Below are positions 57,787 through 64,000 of a DNA stretch of 64,000 nucleotides, piece after piece. The stretch covers positions 14,376 through 78,375 of the IMG/VR virus record IMGVR_UViG_2667527770_000005. One strand, written 5' to 3'. The DNA comes from a virus. Taxonomy: Duplodnaviria > Heunggongvirae > Uroviricota > Caudoviricetes. Below the pieces are notes generated by a model. The model was not told where the DNA came from and did not search any database. It saw nothing but the letters and a program-made list of their open reading frames with translations. The position numbers and the translations under genes are program-made. Every line of letters begins with the position of its first letter. Position 1 is the first letter of the stretch.

Positions 57787-58602
57787 ATGAGCAAAAACTT
57801 TTTTCAATCCGGGGCATTTTTGGGGAATGGACTGTCCCGTTTCGCTTTGAACTCTGATCCTGTGCAGCTGATGGAGTCTGCCCGAGCAAGCGCACAACCG
57901 CCAGCAGATCCGATTATTAATAATAATCCGGAACCGGCGGCACAGATTAACGAGAACGTTCCACCTGACCAGGCTCCTGAGCAAATCCTGGAAGGGAAAG
58001 AAGGTAAAGAATGGACCGTTGAACAGGCGCACCAGATGATTCTGGAAGCTGCAAATCGAAGTGCTATGCAGAATGCGTTGAGTGATGCGGCCGACGCCGT
58101 TTTCGCCTGGGCTGATAGCGGTGATCTGACTTTCGACTCCCTTGATGGTTTCGTTCAGGCTATCGCGGGTATCTCTGACGACGACGACACCGAAGTTACA
58201 GAAGAACAGGACGATGCCTATAACGAAGCATGGGCAAATGTTGCTGACTTCCTCGCAGCATGCGGTGTAGATGATGACCTGATCGAAGCACTGGCCGACG
58301 ATGAAGACGACGACGCAGCTGCTGATGTTGGTTCCGCTATCGCTGGTTTGGATAGCGACGACCGCGACGAACTGGAAGCGGCGTTCGTTGTTGCTGGAAC
58401 TTCTGATGAAATGCTGACTGAAGCATTTAAGAAGGTTGTTCGTAATGGTGAGATCAAACTCATCCGTAAACGCCTGCGTAAAAAACGTCTGACTGCGGCT
58501 CAAAAATCGGCGCTGAAAAAAGCACGCCGTAAAGCCCAGACCGGCGCGGCAAAACTGGCCCGCAAAAAGTCAATGAAACTGCGCCGTAAGCGCCTCGGCT
58601 AA
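57787..58602 (+). CDS. highly acidic protein with basic C-terminal tail, 271 aa
   Basis: D/E-rich tracts (DDDDTEVTEEQDD, ADDEDDDAAAD), K/R-rich end. Confidence 0.5.
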   Translation: MSKNFFQSGAFLGNGLSRFALNSDPVQLMESARASAQPPADPIINNNPEPAAQINENVPPDQAPEQILEGKEGKEWTVEQAHQMILEAANRSAMQNALSDAADAVFAWADSGDLTFDSLDGFVQAIAGISDDDDTEVTEEQDDAYNEAWANVADFLAACGVDDDLIEALADDEDDDAAADVGSAIAGLDSDDRDELEAAFVVAGTSDEMLTEAFKKVVRNGEIKLIRKRLRKKRLTAAQKSALKKARRKAQTGAAKLARKKSMKLRRKRLG

Positions 58603-58637
58603 AGGAGGAGGCCGGAGAACTCCGGCCTTTAACTTGA

Positions 58638-59219
58638 ATGGCACCTATACCTTATGGGGTTTACAGCCAGGCTGACGGTGTATCGCCATTTCTGAAAGTT
58701 ACTTTAACGAACTCTCAGTACCAGGTTACCGGATATATCAGCCAGGGGGCGGCAATGAACATGGCCCAGAATTGGGAAGCACCTTTTACTGGTATGTCCA
58801 TGGGTTCTGTTGCTGGTGCCTTCAGTGGTTTTGCGCAGGTTGGTACTGAAACAACGTCGGTGGCCCGTTGGAACAGCTTAATGGTTTGGGAGGGGGGAAC
58901 ACCGCCGACTTTCACGCTGCCAGTAACTTTCATCGCTTTGTTTGACCCATTCACGGAGGTTTCAGGAGCTATCGCCGCATTGTCAGCGATGATTAGCCCG
59001 GAACTTAAAGATGCCAGTATTGGTGGTCGAATCCCGGAGCGTGTGACGCTAAACATTGGTCGCCGGATCAACATCATTGATGTCGCTATCCAGGACATAA
59101 GTTTCGATCTCGATGCACCCAGGGACAGCAATGGGCATTTCCTGAAAAACACCGTCAACCTCCAGTTGACCGGTTCTTCGATATATAACAGCTCCGATAT
59201 TGTTCGGGCGTTCCAGTAA
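58638..59219 (+). CDS. tail tube protein candidate, 193 aa
   Basis: Size and position after sheath-like gene. Confidence 0.45.
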   Translation: MAPIPYGVYSQADGVSPFLKVTLTNSQYQVTGYISQGAAMNMAQNWEAPFTGMSMGSVAGAFSGFAQVGTETTSVARWNSLMVWEGGTPPTFTLPVTFIALFDPFTEVSGAIAALSAMISPELKDASIGGRIPERVTLNIGRRINIIDVAIQDISFDLDAPRDSNGHFLKNTVNLQLTGSSIYNSSDIVRAFQ

Positions 59220-59230
59220 AAGGATTTTAT

Positions 59231-59740
59231 ATGGGGCACAATAACACTAAGGGAAACCGTAAATTTATTAAGGGCCGCTATACTGCCAACGCGGCCAAAG
59301 GCGAACGACTGGTATCTTCTGAATTCCAGCTCACTTTTGCAGGCCATGAAGATATCAGTGTACTGGTTCGCACGTCGCAAATTCCTGAAATGACCCGCGA
59401 GGATGTGGAGGACTATGGTCCGAATGGTGTGAAGTTCAACCAGCACGGTCCAATCCGTAACTCCGGGGAAATCCAGGTCCAGTGCGTGGAGACTATCGAA
59501 GGCGATATTCTTCAGTTCATTAAAGATCGCATTGCGGCGAAGGACTATGTTGATATCACGATGGCTGCGACCCCTGAATCCAAATCTTCCGGGGTTAACG
59601 CTGTGACAAAAGCTGCTACAACAATTGAAATGTTGGACTGCAAAATCTACAGTGATGCAATCGACTTTAGTACCGAAGATGTGACTGCCGCTGTGCGTCC
59701 GTCACTTCGTATCGTTTACAACTGGATTGAGTGGGATTAA
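59231..59740 (+). CDS. structural/morphogenesis protein, 169 aa
   Basis: Last gene of operon before terminator. Confidence 0.45.
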   Translation: MGHNNTKGNRKFIKGRYTANAAKGERLVSSEFQLTFAGHEDISVLVRTSQIPEMTREDVEDYGPNGVKFNQHGPIRNSGEIQVQCVETIEGDILQFIKDRIAAKDYVDITMAATPESKSSGVNAVTKAATTIEMLDCKIYSDAIDFSTEDVTAAVRPSLRIVYNWIEWD

Positions 59741-59760
59741 GAGTCACCCCTTGTATTTTA

Positions 59761-59783
59761 AAGCTCCTACGGGAGCTTTTTTG
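59761..59783 (+). terminator. intrinsic terminator (AAGCTCC-TAC-GGGAGCTT + T-run)
   Basis: Read directly. Confidence 0.65.
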
Positions 59784-60286
59784 TGCTTAAATTATGCCGG
59801 TATAGCGAAATTTTGAGCATATTATGGAAATTGATTTTTCATACTCTCCTGAAACGATAGAACGAAGATTCGAAATAATTGGATGCAAAACTATTTCAGA
59901 GGAGCATTATTGGATTCTCTATGATGCCAATACATGGTTATGTGCCTTAGCAGAATGTCGGCCATCGTTATGTGCAGGGGAGGGAGGACTTCGACATAAG
60001 GTGCTGGCTACACTTGAAGTGAACACGTTACGATATTGGTGTGTCGAAATACTTAGGGATAACAAAGAATTACATTTATTATTGCTGAATAAGTGTGCGC
60101 CTCTGCGCAGGAAAGCATAAGAAAACCCAACCGCCATACTGGAATTATCAGAAGAATATGTGCGGAAAGTTATAGCTAGCTATTGAAAAGCTAAAGTAGA
60201 TCGGTTAGATTTACCTTACTCATCTACCATGCGTAGAAAGAGCGATCGAACCCGATACATAGCAATATGTGTCGGGTTCAGCTTTT

Positions 60287-60751
60287 TTATGTCCCAAGTG
60301 CTCTTTTTCTGCTTTGTTTGAGTGTTCTGATTTTACTGTCATAGGTTACAACATAGGCTGTTTTGAGAAGCCAATAGTCTCTACGTGCGGATAGCACAAC
60401 AACGTAGTTTTCACACTCGTTCCAGATTACCCACTCTTCAGTTGGTCCTCGTCTTTCAGACCAACATGATATATCGCAATGGTCATAATTCCTTATCATA
60501 TGCGCGATCCAGCGGATCCGCTTACACCGTTCAAGATCAGGTATTCGTTCTTCTTCTATTTTTCCCTCTGATACTAAATGCCAAAATCCGAACTCTTTCC
60601 CATCATATTCCGGTGAATAACGTAATCGAACAGGGAGACCCTTAAACGTTATATTAGAGATTAAAATATCTTCTCTAACAACATCATATACATCGTCTAT
60701 ATACTCTTGCCAACTTCCATTGAAGTACAATAAATCTGGCATTTGAAGCAT
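60287..60751 (-). CDS. hypothetical protein, 154 aa, translationally coupled to DUF3800 gene
   Basis: ATG overlaps upstream TGA by 1 nt (TGATG); AT-rich. Confidence 0.5.
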   Translation of the reverse strand: MLQMPDLLYFNGSWQEYIDDVYDVVREDILISNITFKGLPVRLRYSPEYDGKEFGFWHLVSEGKIEEERIPDLERCKRIRWIAHMIRNYDHCDISCWSERRGPTEEWVIWNECENYVVVLSARRDYWLLKTAYVVTYDSKIRTLKQSRKRALGT

Positions 60752-61455
60752 CAGCGAGCCTCCCACACGAAAATATTAAATTTACTTTCTGTTGGAAGAG
60801 TGCTTTTTAGTAACTCCCTGTTTGTATGTGATTTTATCCTGTTTATGACTTGGATTTTTCCCGCGTTGCTATTCATTCCTCGATGAACGTAGCCTAACGC
60901 ACCAATGAAAAGATCCGTTAGCTGCAATTGTTGCACTTCATGAGATCGTATATGTTGAATTCTGTTTATCGACTCATGATTGTAATCATAGCGATCATTG
61001 TGAAGAACTCCTCTTAATTTCTCAATTTTTTCAATACCTAAAGTATCTTTTATATCTAGGTAGATATTGTATGTGTTGTTACTTTCTATTATGTTTTTTA
61101 AGACATAAAAAAACATCTTATAATAGAAAGTATTGTGATCTTGATGGAATCGAGCATGGTCCAGTTGCTCTTTATCAGGAACAACAACACCTCTAAAGCG
61201 CAATGCTGGGTTGCTGAAGAAGTAATCTACGACCTCTAAGTAAAATTCAACTTTGGACGCAGATACTTTAGTCCACTTGATTTCGAAATCAGGTTTTAAA
61301 TTGTGTTTTAATTTTAATCCCTTGATGTCTCTAGCAATTTTTTTTGTGATAGTGCCAGGACACCAAAGCGCACCCAATACCATGACTTTATTATGATCAT
61401 TTAGTAGGTGACAGGATTCATCGCAGAATACATTAAATGTTCTTCGGTTCAACAT
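60751..61455 (-). CDS. DUF3800-like protein, 234 aa
   Basis: N-terminal FCDES motif; ATG with GGAG SD; AT-rich. Confidence 0.55.
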   Translation of the reverse strand: MLNRRTFNVFCDESCHLLNDHNKVMVLGALWCPGTITKKIARDIKGLKLKHNLKPDFEIKWTKVSASKVEFYLEVVDYFFSNPALRFRGVVVPDKEQLDHARFHQDHNTFYYKMFFYVLKNIIESNNTYNIYLDIKDTLGIEKIEKLRGVLHNDRYDYNHESINRIQHIRSHEVQQLQLTDLFIGALGYVHRGMNSNAGKIQVINRIKSHTNRELLKSTLPTESKFNIFVWEAR

Positions 61456-61608
61456 GTTAACTCCACTTATTGTTAGGTAGAATTGTCCGTTAGTTGTTTA
61501 TTAATTGCAATAATGGGACGTTCTGATTTGCTAACTACGTCATCTTACCAGGACGCCTATGAGTTTTCCTCATGGCAAACTAGAGGTGTTGAAAGTATGC
61601 ATGGTTAT

Positions 61609-61627
61609 AATTAGAGCAATCTATCAC
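61609..61627. promoter_or_regulatory. C1 operator-like site at repL 3' end, upstream of DUF3800 cassette
   Basis: ATAATTAGAGCAATCTATC. Confidence 0.5.
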
Positions 61628-62469
61628 CCTCTGAATCCTACCGGTATACCCCATTGTTCGTTATCTTTATTTTTGGCTAATACCGCATTAAGTGCTTCGT
61701 TTACCGTCATGCAATGCGGTAGATTATCGAAGTTTGATATCCAGCCAATATCAGGAGAACGCTTGTTCTTCAGGTAAGCATATTTCCGCGCTGCCGCCTC
61801 TACTTTCTGCTTGAACTCATGTTTTTGAGCGCGTTTTTTGGATAACCGCAGATTGTCAGCCTTTGCTTTTGCCTCAGCGATCCATGAAGTCAGTTTTTTG
61901 AGGCTGGTCGTTCCGGTACCGCCGGAAACTGATCTTTTTGTTTTTTTAATTTGTGACTTCTTATTCTTTATTGCCACGTCATCCTGACAGGGGGAGGGGG
62001 TATCATTTTGACATGGGGGTGTGGATAAAAAATTAAATAAAGCCAATGTCTTAGCGAGAACAGCTTTAACCTTGGTTGCCGCTGAAGAGATCTTTAATTT
62101 GCTTTCAATCAGCGCATTTTTGGCTTGTTGTGCGAAGGCCAAAAAGGATGGTGTAAACCGGTACAGGTTAGCGCGACGTTCACGGTGATCGCCGATAACA
62201 ATCTCTACAGACAGAATTCCTTTGTTTACAGCTTCACGGAATGCACGAACGACGGTTGATTGGCTATAACCAGTTTCTGCCGCGATCAGGCGGTGAGGCT
62301 TGTGAATGAAGTATTCACTGGTTGTTGCCGCGAGATTTGCACATTGCGACAGGATATGCCCGGCGCTACGGGATAGACCGGAGTGTGTTACAAAGCAGGC
62401 CAATTCATAGCCAGAAAAAGTAAAATCGCTCATCGTTATACAGCTCAGGAAAGTGACTTTAGCCAGCAT
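61624..62469 (-). CDS. repL: RepL lytic replication initiator, 281 aa
   Basis: Downstream of kilA; size as P1 RepL. Confidence 0.85.
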   Translation of the reverse strand: MLAKVTFLSCITMSDFTFSGYELACFVTHSGLSRSAGHILSQCANLAATTSEYFIHKPHRLIAAETGYSQSTVVRAFREAVNKGILSVEIVIGDHRERRANLYRFTPSFLAFAQQAKNALIESKLKISSAATKVKAVLAKTLALFNFLSTPPCQNDTPSPCQDDVAIKNKKSQIKKTKRSVSGGTGTTSLKKLTSWIAEAKAKADNLRLSKKRAQKHEFKQKVEAAARKYAYLKNKRSPDIGWISNFDNLPHCMTVNEALNAVLAKNKDNEQWGIPVGFRG

Positions 62470-62498
62470 TACAATGCTGGTGGTTCTTACTACGTCTG

Positions 62499-63299
62499 TT
62501 AGCGCGTTGCCGCGACAGGTACCAGCACACCAGCATCAAGCAATCGCTTCATCAGCCACTGCTGACCTTTGCCGGTTATACGAGTCGTGAAAGAAATCCT
62601 GCTTCCATTGCTTGTATCGATCACGGTTTCTTTAAGGGTGAAATACCCACGGGATATGTATTCTTGTTTGGGGACGTTCCTGCGTTCACCGGTTGCGATC
62701 AGAATTCCGTTATCACGCAACCAGGTGAAGAGATAGTTTTGGCCCAGGCCGAGCACTTTGGCATAGTTGCCGATTAGAACCCCGCTGGCGGTAGCAACGC
62801 GTTCGGCGAATTCGACTTTAGGTGCATCCATCAGCATTTTTTGCTCCAGCCGTTGCTTTTGCTCTGCCAGGTCGGCAGCCAAACGGAGAGCTTCAGGGAG
62901 ACTCTGCGGAATAGCAGGTTGTAATCTTCCGGCTCGATAGTCGATAAATGTCTGGTTTACCTTCAGCCGAAACGCGGGAGAAATCCAGCCTGCGTACTCC
63001 ACAGCGAGCAATTCATGGGCAAAAGTGCCGCCGCCACGGCCTTCGAACGAAACTATGCAATTCTGCATAGTTTCTTTTTCAAGCTCTTCGATGAGCTGTT
63101 TGGCTGACAGCGTTCTTAGCCATTGAGCTGGCGCTTTATGGGCACCGAGTCCGCTCGCTCTGTGTAGAGCATTAAGGTTGTAACGGCCAGCGCGGTCGGT
63201 CGTAATTTCAACACCACAAATAACAGGCAGAGTGGTTGAAGGATCGACATTTTGATGAAGGTTTGATATATTCATATCCGCATAGAATGTTTGTTGCAT
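62499..63299 (-). CDS. kilA: KilA (KilA-N domain), 266 aa
   Basis: Size and position with Op53-like operator upstream. Confidence 0.85.
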   Translation of the reverse strand: MQQTFYADMNISNLHQNVDPSTTLPVICGVEITTDRAGRYNLNALHRASGLGAHKAPAQWLRTLSAKQLIEELEKETMQNCIVSFEGRGGGTFAHELLAVEYAGWISPAFRLKVNQTFIDYRAGRLQPAIPQSLPEALRLAADLAEQKQRLEQKMLMDAPKVEFAERVATASGVLIGNYAKVLGLGQNYLFTWLRDNGILIATGERRNVPKQEYISRGYFTLKETVIDTSNGSRISFTTRITGKGQQWLMKRLLDAGVLVPVAATR

Positions 63300-63369
63300 T
63301 TTTTCTCCAAATTTGCATCAACCTTCAATCACCAGCTCGAAATGGTGATTCTTTGCACTTAGAAAACGA

Positions 63370-63386
63370 AATTTATTAGAGCAAAT
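63370..63386. promoter_or_regulatory. C1 operator (Op53-like) upstream of kilA-repL
   Basis: AAATTTATTAGAGCAAA. Confidence 0.65.
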
Positions 63387-63494
63387 TTTTCCAGTCCGAT
63401 CCAGATCGGGTTGGTCGATCTGCTCAGAAACCTGCCAGTTAGCTGGCAGGTTTTTTTGTATAAGGCGTTTTTCAATGTGGATTTGTGGCTGGCT

Positions 63495-63535
63495 AAAACG
63501 AAAAAGGCCACAGGTTTTACCCTGTGGCCTGTTCG
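63495..63535 (-). terminator. minus-strand intrinsic terminator (GGCCACAGGG-TAAAA-CCTGTGGCC + T-run) upstream of Op53
   Basis: Read directly. Confidence 0.45.
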
Positions 63536-64000
63536 GGCGCAACGCGCTGCTGTTACACTGCGAACTAACGCCCTTCAATGTTGTTATGCAATGTGGAGAA
63601 GTGAGGCAATCACTGATGCCAACACAGAACTTGAAGCTCCGATGATGACAGGAACAATGATGTTGGTCACAACCCACTTGCAAGCTTTTTGAAGAGTCAT
63701 TACGAAGCTCCGCACACTTGCAACAGCAACTGCTTGCGGCTATCCTCTTGTTGTTCAGACATAAGGAATGCCCTCGCTGGTTGCCTCCATGCAACGTTGT
63801 GGCGAGGGTTTTTTCTGTCTGGAGGCTACGCATCCAGGAGTTCATAACCCCCGCATAACGTTGCGCCTCCCCTGAAAAACAGGGTTGGGCATATCGTACA
63901 CATGCCTGGGTAATGACTCCAACTTATTGATAGTGTTTTATGTTCAGATAATGCCCGATGACTTTGTCATGCAGCTCCACCGATTTTGAGAACGACACCC

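Noticed and set aside
59824-60120. 98-aa plus-strand ORF in the AT-rich island after the structural operon
   Set aside because: No convincing SD or motif; an ORF of this length is easily produced by chance in AT-rich DNA; may be real but unsupported.
63318-63845. 175-aa Cys-rich minus-strand ORF and 93-aa plus-strand ORF upstream of kilA
   Set aside because: Very low-complexity, Cys/Ser-rich translations overlapping terminator hairpins and Op53; more likely structured RNA/regulatory DNA.

Overview
This window reads as about 64 kb of a P1-family temperate phage-plasmid, in reverse orientation relative to the usual P1 map. All protein family, size and gene-order matches are from memory of phage P1 and from motifs read by eye; no database search or alignment was run.

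Backbone, left to right: darB, two small ORFs at the ulx/lxc position, mat, ref, cra, cre and a perfect 34-bp loxP; then the C1 immunity region (coi, c1, about 13 C1-operator-like sites across the window), pacB/pacA with a pac site, lpa, phd-doc, LexA-boxed humD, a morphogenesis operon, ban with four tRNAs, dmt-hrdC, oriR/repA/iterons, parA-parB-parS, head and tail genes, and repL-kilA.

What departs from the P1 backbone, most interesting first:
1. An AT-rich single-gene SIR2-domain protein (7620..8924) sits exactly where P1 carries its type III res/mod genes. This is my best candidate for an undescribed defence determinant.
2. The dmt methyltransferase gene is interrupted by a 341-aa intein carrying a LAGLIDADG homing endonuclease, inserted in the catalytic PCQ motif.
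3. A complete EcoR124-like type IC restriction-modification operon (hsdM-hsdS-hsdR) with a 3x 12-bp TAEL repeat in hsdS.
4. A T5orf172-domain gene between the incA-like iterons and parA.
5. An AT-rich DUF3800 two-gene cassette next to repL, which may simply be P1 rlfA/rlfB.
6. An SPFH lipoprotein pair inside the ban/tRNA transcription unit.
7. Several candidate small RNAs and a small hydrophobic peptide.

No CRISPR array, IS element or transposase was found.
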